64,000 nucleotides of DNA from contig OZ240241.1 in NCBI GenBank assembly GCA_965198115.1, forward strand, positions 7,712,001 through 7,776,000, written 5' to 3'. The notes under the pieces are model-generated. The model ran no database searches and was not told where the DNA came from. It worked only from the letters and a program-made list of their open reading frames with translations. Shown piece by piece: positions 1 through 10,198 of the stretch. Position numbers and translations under genes: made by a program. The first letter of the stretch is position 1. Each line of letters opens with the position of its first letter. Origin of the DNA: Candidatus Latescibacterota bacterium. GTDB taxonomy: Bacteria > Latescibacterota > UBA2968.

Positions 1-714
1 AATCTTCGGAGGCAAGTCCAGAACCTTGTTCTTCGTCCGTCGCAGCATGATGCCGTGGAGTTGAACGGTCAGTTCTTCGATGTTGCTGGCACCGGTTGCC
101 TGCCAGCCGTACTCCGTTCGGACACCCTCGCAATACCGACGTGCAAAGCTGACAAAGCTGCGCCCGAGTGAATGGTTTGCGAGTTGGAGCAGCGGAAAGA
201 GATCGCGAGGGCGATTCGTGAGCGGGGTTCCCGTGAGCATATGCACGGGCAGATCATCCGAAACGTGTTCCATCAGCTGACGGGCATACCGGTGCCGCTG
301 ACTGCGATGGTTCTTCAGGTAGTGCGCTTCATCGAAGACGACACCCCGCCAGGAGTGGGCCATCAGAACGGCGAGATGTTTTTTGAGGATGTCGTAGTTG
401 ATGATGACCCAACCACGATAGCCGATTGGGGGAGGGGGTGGGGGACCGACGATGACCGTCTCTGCTTCCCGCCGAACAATGAAGATTTCGCGTTCCCAGT
501 TGCGTTTGACCGTTGCAGGGCAGACGACGAGGTAGGGGCCCGTCTCCGACGCGTGATGCATCGCCAGGATCGATTGGCGTGTCTTGCCCAACCCCATGTC
601 GTCGGCGAGGATCGCCCGGTGTCGTGCGAGGAGAAACGCGATCCCCTCGATCTGGTGGGGATACAAACCAGCGGATAGGTCTTCAGCTTCGCGGATGTGG
701 GGAGAATCTGACAT
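1..714 (-). CDS. SNF2-family (HARP/SMARCAL1-like) helicase, N-terminal part; continues beyond the left edge
   Basis: Manual minus-strand translation from ATG 714: LYPHQIEGIAFL..AILADDMGLGKT (motif I), LVVCPATVKRNWEREI (Ia), VVFDEAHYLKN (II), LTGTPLTNRP (III), MLRRTKNKVLDLPPK. The + strand ORF 172..678 is its antisense shadow. Confidence 0.92.
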   Translation of the reverse strand, partial: MSDSPHIREAEDLSAGLYPHQIEGIAFLLARHRAILADDMGLGKTRQSILAMHHASETGPYLVVCPATVKRNWEREIFIVRREAETVIVGPPPPPPIGYRGWVIINYDILKKHLAVLMAHSWRGVVFDEAHYLKNHRSQRHRYARQLMEHVSDDLPVHMLTGTPLTNRPRDLFPLLQLANHSLGRSFVSFARRYCEGVRTEYGWQATGASNIEELTVQLHGIMLRRTKNKVLDLPPKI

Positions 715-791
715 TGGGAGACTGCTGATCGACCAGTGCACTTTCTGACCCCGAAGGGGCACACATCTTAGACCTGGGCCCGAAATCGCTC

Positions 792-1001
792 GATGACACC
801 ATCTGATCTGTCGTCGGACGTCGAGAGCAGAAACCGGGCCCCTCGGATCTCCGTTGCAACACATTGAAAGGTCGTCGGCGCTGAGGGCGCCGCAATTCTT
901 AGCCCAGGTCGCAGCCCTGGGCTTGCGATACAGGATGATGTCGTCTGATCCGCCGTCAGAACGCCACGGGCAGAAACCCAGCCCACGGATCTAGGTTGCA
1001 A
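792..1001. repeat. Two imperfect 68-bp direct repeats (792-859, 934-1001) upstream of the helicase
   Basis: Shared blocks GATGA..TCTGATC..CGTC..GCAGAAACC..GCCC..CGGATCT..GTTGCAA with near-identical spacing. Confidence 0.65.
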
Positions 1002-1061
1002 ATTAGGCACACGGCTCCGGAGTTTATCCCGAGCGAAGCCGAGGAGTGTAGTCCGTGGTTC

Positions 1062-1463
1062 CTATGTTTTCAGCCTTTCCATTGCCTCCCCATACGTCTT
1101 GATCTCGAGCTCGTTTCCGTCTGGGTCATTGAAATAGGTCGCGAGTCCATCTCCCTGGGCGCCTCGATTGACGGTCGGGCCACGAAGAATGAGATCGTCG
1201 TCCCGCAGACGATTCAGGACCTGCTCGTAATGATCACCTTCGAGATAAAAGGCCGTATGATCGGTGCCGAACGCCGTACCCTCTGGCACCGATTCGTTCT
1301 TCTCGCGACAGAAGAGAACGAGCAACGCCTCTCCGACTCGAAACACTGCCTGCGTCCCCTTCTCCGCCCGACTGACAAGCTCGAGCCCTATCGTGTCCGT
1401 GTAGAACACAGTAGCCCGATCGAGATTGGTTACCCGCAACGCAACGTGATCGAATGAAGCCAT
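1062..1463 (-). CDS. VOC/glyoxalase family protein
   Basis: FDHVALRVTNLDRATVFY, DHTAF, YFNDPDGNELEI motifs. Confidence 0.92.
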   Translation of the reverse strand: MASFDHVALRVTNLDRATVFYTDTIGLELVSRAEKGTQAVFRVGEALLVLFCREKNESVPEGTAFGTDHTAFYLEGDHYEQVLNRLRDDDLILRGPTVNRGAQGDGLATYFNDPDGNELEIKTYGEAMERLKT

Positions 1464-1519
1464 ACCCAGCTCCCCTTTGTGGCTGACTCAGACTCAATCG
1501 ATAGAGACTCACGGGACCT

Positions 1520-2230
1520 TCAATCCCATTTCCACTGCTGCCCGAGCGGCGTCAGCACGAGCTCGTCGATGCAGACGCCCGATGGTTGGTCGAGGATGTA
1601 CCGCACGGCGTCGGCGACTTCCTTTCGACTGAGGCGGTCGCGTCGATTCTCGACCCAGAGCTTGTCTCTGGATGGCTGTGGGATTTCCGCGTTGGCGGTG
1701 AGTCCGAGTGTCAGGAGGGTGACGTGTGACGCGGCCTCCCATCGGAGGCTTTCGCACATGCCGCGGGTGGCCGATTCGACGGCGGTATAAATCACAGGCG
1801 GACGCTGACGAATGTAAGCCTGGAGGCCGTTGATATGGATGACCCGACTTTGATTGCGTGACTCGAGATGCGGCACGATGGCGCGTGTCATCTGGAGTGC
1901 GCCCTGGACGTCGGTTCGGATGAAGCGCTCGAGTTCGTTGGGTGGGATTTCACTGAGAAGACCGTCGACCCAGTAGCCGGCCGCATGGACCAGGGCGTCG
2001 AGGTGACCGAAAGCGGATACGCCGGCCTCGACGGCGGACACACAGTCTTCCCATATGCCGACGTCACCGGCGGATACGATGGCAGGACCGTCACATCGTT
2101 CCGCGAGTGCCTCGAGACGGTCCTTGCGCCGGGCCTGCAGAACGACGTGATGGCCGGTCGACGCGAGGGATTCAGCGATGTGTTCGCCGATGCCAGAGCT
2201 CGCACCGGTGACGAGAACGTTCATACGCAC
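1520..2230 (-). CDS. Short-chain dehydrogenase/reductase (atypical catalytic motif)
   Basis: VLVTGASSGIG Rossmann motif, LDALVHAAG; YTAVE in place of YxxxK. Confidence 0.88.
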   Translation of the reverse strand: MRMNVLVTGASSGIGEHIAESLASTGHHVVLQARRKDRLEALAERCDGPAIVSAGDVGIWEDCVSAVEAGVSAFGHLDALVHAAGYWVDGLLSEIPPNELERFIRTDVQGALQMTRAIVPHLESRNQSRVIHINGLQAYIRQRPPVIYTAVESATRGMCESLRWEAASHVTLLTLGLTANAEIPQPSRDKLWVENRRDRLSRKEVADAVRYILDQPSGVCIDELVLTPLGQQWKWD

Positions 2231-2241
2231 GAGTCCGTCTG

Positions 2242-2877
2242 TTACACACCGCGTGCATTGCGGATGGCCAGGTCCCGCTCGTTAAGATGCGGGACGACGT
2301 CGGCCAGGAATTGGGATAGCAGCTGGTCGGGTGTGAGATCGGAGGTGTCGATCTGGAGCTTGCGCTTGAACCAGCACTGACCGAATTCGCGCTGGAATTC
2401 AGCCTGGCATTCCTCGATGTCCGATTCCGGGACGACCGGATACTCGTGCGGGTCGTCCTTCATGCGCTGTTTGATGATCTCCGGGCTGGCCGTGAGAAGG
2501 CACATAATGCTGTCTTTGGGCATGCCCTCTTCCCACGCTCTGGGTGTTTCCGCAACTCGCCCGATTTCGGGGTAGTAGTAGCGAGGACCGTAGATGACTT
2601 CCTCGATGTGGAACCCGCCCAGGAGGATGTTTTCATACTTGTTGATGAGGCGAACGTGATAAGCCACCTGGAAGCGTTGAAACCGCTCTTTGAGGACACC
2701 GGGCAACCCGACCATGATTTTTTGATGCTCTTCCGATTTCAACATCTGTCGATCGGGAATCGAAAAGTGATCGTCCAGATGGTGGCGAACCCCCAACTTC
2801 TCACCCGCCCACACTTGAATCGCATCGATGAGAGTGGTTTTGCCGGTGTATTCCGTTCCGATCACGATGAGTCTCAT
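2242..2877 (-). CDS. P-loop NTPase, nucleoside monophosphate kinase-like
   Basis: MRLIVIGTEYTGKTT Walker A, LLTASPEIIKQR lid-like motif, IDTS; GGAGG RBS upstream of ATG 2877. Confidence 0.7.
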   Translation of the reverse strand: MRLIVIGTEYTGKTTLIDAIQVWAGEKLGVRHHLDDHFSIPDRQMLKSEEHQKIMVGLPGVLKERFQRFQVAYHVRLINKYENILLGGFHIEEVIYGPRYYYPEIGRVAETPRAWEEGMPKDSIMCLLTASPEIIKQRMKDDPHEYPVVPESDIEECQAEFQREFGQCWFKRKLQIDTSDLTPDQLLSQFLADVVPHLNERDLAIRNARGV

Positions 2878-3138
2878 GGTTCCTCCCTCTGTAACTGCTC
2901 GCGTGGGTAGATGCCCGCTCATCCTGAGTAGCGACATCATGAACGTGTTTCGTTCAATGCTGTAGTGTAGGAAACAGTCTCGCGTATCGAAGGACGAGCG
3001 GTCTGTGGGCAATGTCCACCGTTCGCCCTTCGATATGGGGATTACAGCGGTTCGTTAGCGTTAGCACCAATGAGATTCCTCGATACCCCTACTCAGGATG
3101 AACGGTGCCCAGCGAAGTAAGCCAAAACACTCATCCCT

Positions 3139-3823
3139 TTACTGATAAAACACCTCCGCATTATGGATCGGGGCGTAGCCAATCTCTTCTCGCGGAATCT
3201 CGATGTCGAAGATATTGTAGTTGTTGTCAGAGACGACGAAGTAGTGGGCGCCGCTTCGGAGCGTTCCGTTGACGTGTGACGTGTAGCAGGCGTGGACGAA
3301 CCTCGCCGCGTCCTCCTGGTGCAGCCAGAGCGCGAAGTAGCCGTGTTCCTCGCGCATTTCGTTATCCTTGTTGACGCCGCCCCAGCGGGCGGCAACAGCC
3401 CCGTGGCCTCGATCGGCCAGTTTCTGACACCAGTCTTCGACGTGGGCTTTTTCACGGCCGTAATCGCTTGTAGGACAGGCGGGTATGGTTGCAAGGACGC
3501 GATCCGGAGGTTCATCATAGGCGGAGAAATTGCGATTCGCCCACTCCGCCCAGGTGCCTTCGTGCACGCTGTATGCGCCATCGCACGAGTGAACCGAACT
3601 GGCCGCCACGACCATGGGCACTGGGTCCCGTGCGAGTACGGTTTCAAACACGAGATCGGTCATCGCGTTCATCGCATCGTGCGGGTTCTTTCTCGCGAGG
3701 TAGACAACGAGATCGGCACCAACCATCTGCTCGGCGAACCGGCCGGGTTCTTCCGTGATGTCGAGATCGACGAAATTCCTCTGCGCGTCAGGCTGGGTCG
3801 CCCTGTCCTCCGCCTCCGGAAGG
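3139..3823 (-). pseudogene. NAD-dependent epimerase/dehydratase, N-terminus lost to an IS256 remnant
   Basis: DLVVYLA, VVAASSVH, YGREK (YxxxK), WLHQEDAA; no GxxGxxG and the 5' end is fused to IS sequence. Confidence 0.75.
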
Positions 3824-4216
3824 TCAAAACCTGTCGAACCGTCTCTGGCGCTTTCTGACGATCTGGGGCTCGAACTCACCATTGCGGTCCCGAGGCACTT
3901 CGATCGGGATCGCACCACGGTCGGTCTTCAGTGTCTTCGGAGTCTTGCCGTTGCGGGAGTTACCACTGTTCTTACCGTCAGAATCGTGCTTCTCGTAGCC
4001 CAGGTGGTCGGTTATCTCGCTTTCGAGCATCCGCTCCACCAGCCCGGCAGTCAGTTGCTTCAGCAGACCTTTCTCGCCCAGTAGGTCATCGGGACCGTCA
4101 CAGTTCTTGATCAGCTCATCGAGGAGACGATCGACTTCAGCATTCCTGGCCATAGAACCTCCTGTTTCTTCACTATAGGATTCTATCACCAGTTACACGG
4201 TTAATCTTACACACTC
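3824..4216 (-). mobile_element. IS256-family element B, left end and transposase N-terminal fragment only
   Basis: LVERMLESEITDHLGYEKH..NSRNGKTPKTLKTDRGAIPIEVPRDRNGEFEPQIV; terminal GAGTGTGTAAGATTAACCGTGTAACT. Confidence 0.88.
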
Positions 4217-4225
4217 GGACGCACG

Positions 4226-5599
4226 GAGCTATAATCAAAAGGTGTGGAAAAAGAGAAAGGGCGACCCTACCCTTCCCGTGAGATAGTTGATTCACACAAA
4301 ACCGGGTGAGAGGCCCGGTTGGGAAGGAGGATCGCCGTGAAGGAACATACGCATAGAGCCCCATTGAAGTCCATGCCGACGTGGGAGACGGTTGACGATT
4401 GGATCCGTGAAGAGATCCAGGGCCGGTTCCAGTCCATTCTGGAGGAGGAGGCGACCGCGTTCTTGGGCCGGTCGTGGTATGAGCGCCGAGCCGAGGTCGA
4501 TAGCTCCAGGGGCTACAGGAACGGCTACGGCAAGCCCCGGCGTCTCTCGACGAGCTGCGGAACGATCAAGGTCCGGCGTCCCCGGGTTCGTGGTCTGGAA
4601 GAGCGGTTTGAAAGCCGCATCCTCCCCCTGTTCGCCCGGAGAACCAGGGCCATTGGAGATCTGCTTCCCGACCTTTATCTCCACGGTCTCTCCCAGGGCG
4701 ACTTCGAGTTGTCTTTGCGTGCGCTGCTCGGTGATGGCGCGCCGCTTTCGCCGACCTCGATCGCTCGTCTTCGAGGGAAGTGGGAGGTCGACTTCCAGGA
4801 CTGGAAAGAAAGGCGTCTGGATAATCGCGAACTGGTCTACGCCTGGGCTGATGGCATCTACGTCAAAGCCGGGCTCGAGCGCGAGAAGGCGTGTCTGCTG
4901 GTCGTGATCGGCGCGATGAGCGACGGCAGCAAGGAGATCCTGGCGATAGAACCCGGTTATCGAGAGTCTACAGAATCCTGGCTCACGGTGCTCCGGGATC
5001 TCCGGGATCGCGGGCTCGAACATCCTGTCCTGATCGCCGCGGACGGGAATATGGGCATCTGGGCGGCCGTTGATCAGGTCTGGCCAGAGAGCCGGCAACA
5101 ACGGTGCTGGAACCACAAGATCCTCAACGTGCTCGACAAGGTCGCCAAGCGTGCACAGGCTGAAGCCCGCGCACTGCTCGTCCAGATCCCCTATGCCGGC
5201 ACGAAAAAGGAGGCCGAGAAGCTCCGGAAACGCTTTGCCGCACGGTATCGCTCACAGTTCCCTGCCGCCGTGGAGACGCTCGAAAGAGACTGGGATCGGA
5301 TGGTCACGTTCTACGACTTCCCGAAGGAACACTGGAAACACCTGAGAACCACGAACGTCGTCGAGAGCCCCTTTGCTTCCGTTCGGCTTCGCACAAACGC
5401 CGCCAGGCGATTCAAGAAAGTCAGGAACGCCACGACTCTCATCTGGCGTACGCTCAAGGTCGCAGAGAGCCGATTCAGGAAACTCACCGCGCCACACTTG
5501 CTACAACAAGTCTACGATCAGAAACACTCAACCGGACCGCAGGTCGAAGCCGGGAAGATGGCCGCCTGATTTCTTTTACACACCTATTGACCTGAACTC
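4226..5599 (+). mobile_element. IS256-family element A, copy 1 (1374 bp), 8-bp TSD GACGCACG, inserted in an IS1380 transposase
   Basis: Imperfect IRs GAGCTATAATCAAAAGGTGTGG / CACACCTATTGACCTGAACTC; GACGCACG at 4218-4225 and 5600-5607. Confidence 0.95.
4319..5569 (+). CDS. IS256 family (mutator-type) transposase
   Basis: GYRNGY, WADGIY, AADG, QRCWNHK, LRTTNVVES; real start probably GTG ~4337. Confidence 0.95.
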   Translation: MGRRIAVKEHTHRAPLKSMPTWETVDDWIREEIQGRFQSILEEEATAFLGRSWYERRAEVDSSRGYRNGYGKPRRLSTSCGTIKVRRPRVRGLEERFESRILPLFARRTRAIGDLLPDLYLHGLSQGDFELSLRALLGDGAPLSPTSIARLRGKWEVDFQDWKERRLDNRELVYAWADGIYVKAGLEREKACLLVVIGAMSDGSKEILAIEPGYRESTESWLTVLRDLRDRGLEHPVLIAADGNMGIWAAVDQVWPESRQQRCWNHKILNVLDKVAKRAQAEARALLVQIPYAGTKKEAEKLRKRFAARYRSQFPAAVETLERDWDRMVTFYDFPKEHWKHLRTTNVVESPFASVRLRTNAARRFKKVRNATTLIWRTLKVAESRFRKLTAPHLLQQVYDQKHSTGPQVEAGKMAA

Positions 5600-6112
5600 G
5601 ACGCACGGAAGGCTTCATCAAGGACCACAAAACATTCCTTCACTCCGATCGAACATCGTGCCACAAGTTTGAAGCCAACCAGTTCCGACTCTTTCTACAC
5701 AGTGCTGCATACGCCTTGCTTCACGCACTCCGATCACAGGGACTCAAGGGCACCGCGTGGACCAAACCTCAGGTCAACACGATACAGAACCGTTTCCTCA
5801 AAATCGGCGCGAGAGTCATTGAAAGCGCACGAAGAATCCGATTCCATTTTCCAACATCGTATCCACTCAAAAACGTCTTGGTGTCAATCATCACCAGGCT
5901 CGAAACGAACACGCAGTAACAACGCCGATCTATACCGGGGACAGCTATGTACACGTCGCAAAACAACACCTGTTCCGGACGAAAATCGTGACTCTTGCGA
6001 CTCGTAGAGACCGCTTACGGGACCTTGGACATCCGAAGAAGCCGAGAACAAATCCTGTGCGTGATCACATCACTCCAAAACAACCTAAACTCAAATTCAT
6101 GCATGATTCAGG
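5600..6112 (+). mobile_element. IS1380-family element, 3' portion and right end
   Basis: Matches the reverse complement of 45775-46277; ends ATTCATGCATGATTCAGG followed by CTAA. Confidence 0.9.
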
Positions 6113-6407
6113 CTAACGTTTAAGTCCTATCACTGCACTGGGGGTGTCCCGCAACGGTACGGGCATGACGATCGTTCGCACCCACTAGGTAGATTGCCGA
6201 AGGGGAGTTTGTTGTTAAACCCGGAGGTTATCAGCCTCGGGTGCTTTCTTTTTCCAGCGACTCGTAGAAATCACGAAGCCTTTTAACCGATCAGATGTGT
6301 GCACAGGAAAAGTTTTCCCCTCATTTCACCACCATTCCTGAACGGAAGTGCCAGGTCGTTTGCCTTGCCGAGCGTATGGACCCTGGGTGATCGCCCTCGA
6401 GATCCGC

Positions 6408-6445
6408 CCTGGTATCGCGCGCGAAGCACGACAAGTAAATATGGG
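6408..6445. repeat. Dispersed ~36-bp repeat, second copy at 41322-41357
   Basis: CCTGGTATCGCGCG(CG)AAGCACGACAAGTAAATATGGG at both sites. Confidence 0.8.
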
Positions 6446-6480
6446 GGAAACCTGAGGCGACCATCCCCTTCCCAGGCCGT

Positions 6481-7722
6481 CTAGGACCCCTGCCGGTTGA
6501 ACTCGTCACGCACAGTTTGCGCCAGTCTAGCGAGCACAGGGGCCGGCATCTGGTGAGAAAACGGCAGAAAGACCACCTCCTCGTGAAGGACTCGCGCGCC
6601 CACCGGCTCCAGTGCGTCCACGCTCTCGTCGTTCTCGACGACCTCGAACGCGCGGCCGCGCGTCGCATTGAATCCGCCCCTCCCGAGGCAGTCTACCAGT
6701 GCGCTCGGATCAGGCACCCGAACCGGGATCAGCCAATACGCGTGCGGGCGCGCGGAGGCCGTGGGCACGGGCACGTCACCCAGGTCGCTGACGAGTTTCG
6801 CCGCCGGACCCACGCGGCTGCGCAACGGCGAATCCCCCTGGCGCAGCCGTCTCTCCAGTAGCCGAAGCAGGGGTCCGGAGGGCCGCCGCCGGATCTGAGC
6901 GATGAGCTCCGGGCCCGAGAAGCCACGCGTCCATCGGTGGAGTAGAGCGTCGTGCCCAGGCCCTACCGCGGCAAGAGTCGCCACTAGGGGTCCAAAAACC
7001 GATGGGATTCCGGCGATGCTCAGCAAGCCATACTTGATGACCCTCCGCAGGTACTCACTCCGGGGTTGGACCGGGTAGCATGCAGCCACCTCTCTCATGC
7101 GCGTAAGGAGGCCGGGATCCCTGACCCGTGCCAGACCGCCACCGAATGCGGTGGCGGTCTTGATCGGACCGAAGGAGAACAACGTTAGATCGGAGGTCGC
7201 GTGTCCCGTCCACCCCGGCCCGGCGTACGCCTCGGCGCAATCTTCCACTAACTGCACGCCACGATCTCTCGCCATCGCCATGGCACCGGACACGTCCACC
7301 CTGGCTCCATACAGGTGGGTGAAAACGAGCACGCGCGTGCGCGGAGTCATGACCGCGGCCAGCGCATCGAGATCGGGTTCGGTGGAAAGCGGGTCGAGAT
7401 CGACCGACGCGACCTCGAGGCCGTGCTCCCGCGCGATGCGCGGCATGTCCGCCACCGTCAAAGCGGTGAACAGGATGCGGTCCCCAGGCGCCCATCGGTT
7501 CACGGTGAGATACAGGTCGAAGAGGCTGCGCACGGACAGACCGACCATGCCCTGGCCCTGTGGCGACCACAGGGCCTCGACTCGTTCCGTCGCCCCTTCC
7601 CCAGTCGGTGAGGCACACGCCCCTATAGCGAACAACCAATCATCGAAGGAGAAGTCGAGACGCTTCGATGCCCACGCCTTCACGGTGCCCTTGTGATTAA
7701 CGCAGTTCATTTTGTCCCGCAA
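6481..7722 (-). CDS. DegT/DnrJ/EryC1/StrS PLP-dependent aminotransferase family protein
   Basis: FTHLYG, LVEDCAEAY, FSFGPIKTATAFGGG. Confidence 0.88.
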   Translation of the reverse strand: MRDKMNCVNHKGTVKAWASKRLDFSFDDWLFAIGACASPTGEGATERVEALWSPQGQGMVGLSVRSLFDLYLTVNRWAPGDRILFTALTVADMPRIAREHGLEVASVDLDPLSTEPDLDALAAVMTPRTRVLVFTHLYGARVDVSGAMAMARDRGVQLVEDCAEAYAGPGWTGHATSDLTLFSFGPIKTATAFGGGLARVRDPGLLTRMREVAACYPVQPRSEYLRRVIKYGLLSIAGIPSVFGPLVATLAAVGPGHDALLHRWTRGFSGPELIAQIRRRPSGPLLRLLERRLRQGDSPLRSRVGPAAKLVSDLGDVPVPTASARPHAYWLIPVRVPDPSALVDCLGRGGFNATRGRAFEVVENDESVDALEPVGARVLHEEVVFLPFSHQMPAPVLARLAQTVRDEFNRQGS

Positions 7723-7803
7723 TCGCGGCCTCGACTATTTGTCATCGCTGTTGGCGAGGATCGCCGACTAAGTGTATGTGCAGAGTGTCAACTTGGTTTT
7801 CGG

Positions 7804-9177
7804 GAGCTATAATCAAAAGGTGTGGAAAAAGAGAAAGGGCGACCCTACCCTTCCCGTGAGATAGTTGATTCACACAAAACCGGGTGAGAGGCCTGGTTGG
7901 GAAGGAGGATCGCCGTGAAGGAACATACGCATAGAGCCCCATTGAAGTCCATGCCGACGTGGGAGACGGTTGACGATTGGATCCGTGAAGAGATCCAGGG
8001 CCGGTTCCAGTCCATTCTGGAGGAGGAGGCGACCGCGTTCTTGGGCCGGTCGTGGTATGAGCGCCGAGCCGAGGTCGATAGCTCCACGGGCTACAGGAAC
8101 GGCTACGGCAAGCCCCGGCGTCTCTCGACGAGCTGCGGAACGATCAAGGTCCGGCGTCCCCGGGTTCGTGGTCTGGAAGAGCGGTTTGAAAGCCGCATCC
8201 TCCCCCTGTTCGCCCGGAGAACCAGGGCCATTGGAGATCTGCTTCCCGACCTTTATCTCCACGGTCTCTCCCAGGGCGACTTCGAGTTGTCTTTGCGTGC
8301 GCTGCTCGGTGATGGCGCGCCGCTTTCGCCGACCTCGATCGCTCGTCTTCGAGGGAAGTGGGAGGTCGACTTCCAGGACTGGAAAGAAAGGCGTCTGGAT
8401 AATCGCGAACTGGTCTACGCCTGGGCTGATGGCATCTACGTCAAAGCCGGGCTCGAGCGCGAGAAGGCGTGTCTGCTGGTCGTGATCGGCGCGATGAGCG
8501 ACGGCAGCAAGGAGATCCTGGCGATAGAACCCGGTTATCGAGAGTCTACAGAATCCTGGCTCACGGTGCTCCGGGATCTCCGGGATCGCGGGCTCGAACA
8601 TCCTGTCCTGATCGCCGCGGACGGGAATATGGGCATCTGGGCGGCCGTTGATCAGGTCTGGCCAGAGAGCCGGCAACAACGGTGCTGGAACCACAAGATC
8701 CTCAACGTGCTCGACAAGGTCGCCAAGCGTGCACAGGCTGAAGCCCGCGCACTGCTCGTCCAGATCCCCTATGCCGGCACGAAAAAGGAGGCCGAGAAGC
8801 TCCGGAAACGCTTTGCCGCACGGTATCGCTCACAGTTCCCTGCCGCCGTGGAGACGCTCGAAAGAGACTGGGATCGGATGGTCACGTTCTACGACTTCCC
8901 GAAGGAACACTGGAAACACCTGAGAACCACGAACGTCGTCGAGAGCCCCTTTGCTTCCGTTCGGCTTCGCACAAACGCCGCCAGGCGATTCAAGAAAGTC
9001 AGGAACGCCACGACTCTCATCTGGCGTACGCTCAAGGTCGCAGAGAGCCGATTCAGGAAACTCACCGCGCCACACTTGCTACAACAAGTCTACGATCAGA
9101 AACACTCAACCGGACCGCAGGTCGAAGCCGGGAAGATGGCCGCCTGATTTCTTTTACACACCTATTGACCTGAACTC
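7804..9177 (+). mobile_element. IS256-family element A, copy 2, 8-bp TSD GTTTTCGG
   Basis: Near-identical to copy 1; GTTTTCGG at 7796-7803 and 9178-9185. Confidence 0.95.
7897..9147 (+). CDS. IS256 family transposase
   Basis: Differs from copy 1 by one residue (DSSTG vs DSSRG). Confidence 0.95.
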   Translation: MGRRIAVKEHTHRAPLKSMPTWETVDDWIREEIQGRFQSILEEEATAFLGRSWYERRAEVDSSTGYRNGYGKPRRLSTSCGTIKVRRPRVRGLEERFESRILPLFARRTRAIGDLLPDLYLHGLSQGDFELSLRALLGDGAPLSPTSIARLRGKWEVDFQDWKERRLDNRELVYAWADGIYVKAGLEREKACLLVVIGAMSDGSKEILAIEPGYRESTESWLTVLRDLRDRGLEHPVLIAADGNMGIWAAVDQVWPESRQQRCWNHKILNVLDKVAKRAQAEARALLVQIPYAGTKKEAEKLRKRFAARYRSQFPAAVETLERDWDRMVTFYDFPKEHWKHLRTTNVVESPFASVRLRTNAARRFKKVRNATTLIWRTLKVAESRFRKLTAPHLLQQVYDQKHSTGPQVEAGKMAA

Positions 9178-9943
9178 GTTTTCGGCCCACAAGATGCAGC
9201 ATCACGCCTGTGTCTCTGAATTGCATCAGTTCGCAGGTTTCGGCTGCCACCTTCAACACGTTCTCGTAGGCTTCAGGATAGGTTTTCTCCAGATCCTGAA
9301 TCGCCGGTTTTAGTCCTGAGGCGAAAATTTGCTGATCCTCTACCCACTCAGATGCCATAGGCCCCTAATTCGGAACGATTTCATCAAATCCGCCCCAGAG
9401 CACCGGCAGAAAAAGATCGTCCAAATTTAATCGAGTTTCTCATCCCCAAGGAAGGGAGAGCTACTCGGAGGGGTCAATCAAGAGGGTTTCAGTGATCAGA
9501 ACATCAAAGCCACCGTCCCCCGCTTCTCGGGCAGCAGCAACAAGGTCGGCGCGTTGAACCGTACCGAACTCCGGGCCGATAAAGATCGCGGCGCGCTTTT
9601 CCATCTCGCTTTCCATGTAGCGGCCTTCGGCGCAAACCAGATCACCGGGCCACGGCTTGAGTGTGGTAAAGGCGATTCGTCCCTCCTTGTGAGATTGTTG
9701 AACGCCGGCGACCTCAAGGTTCTTGAGGATCATCTGTGGGAATGACTGATTGGCTTCGTAGTCTCCGGCACTTTTTTGGAGATCGCCGATCAACCCATCG
9801 TCCTCGTCGACTGCAAGCATGCGGTGAGGGCTCAGGTTTTCCACGGTGAACGGGCCAGCAACGCGAACAATCTTCTCGACATTATATACTTGACGGACCC
9901 ATAGGATTGTAGTACTTTTCCCAGTGAACAAGCCATTACACCC

Positions 9944-10093
9944 TCACTTCTGCTTCTTCTCGCCCTTCTCTGGTGGCTCGTCCTTTCGATGGGCTGGCCC
10001 CGCATCCAGCGCCTTTTTCAGTGCCTCTTTCACCGTCAGCGGGTGTAGGGTGATGGGCTTATCGTAACCGTTCTTTCTATCACGCTTCTCCAT
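9944..10093 (-). CDS. 49-aa basic passenger peptide of IS1595
   Basis: MEKRDRKNGYDKPITLHPLTVKEALKKALDAGP..; similar peptide at 23380-23529. Confidence 0.55.
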   Translation of the reverse strand: MEKRDRKNGYDKPITLHPLTVKEALKKALDAGPAHRKDEPPEKGEKKQK

Positions 10094-10118
10094 AATAACC
10101 ATGCCCGTATGAATATCC

Positions 10119-10147
10119 TTGACACTATGCCCCTAAGCGGCTATTCT
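10119..10147 (+). promoter_or_regulatory. Sigma70-type promoter for the IS1595 cargo unit
   Basis: TTGACA-17 nt-TATTCT. Confidence 0.75.
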
Positions 10148-10198
10148 CTTAATGATGCGGTAAGACCAATTTTCCCACAAATCGAAGGAGATGGACAC

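Noticed and set aside
172-678. 168-aa + strand ORF
   Set aside because: Antisense shadow of the SNF2 helicase
6125-6260. Possible TPP riboswitch or group II intron fragment
   Set aside because: Lacks the GCTGAGA and CCTGAT cores and any domain V consensus
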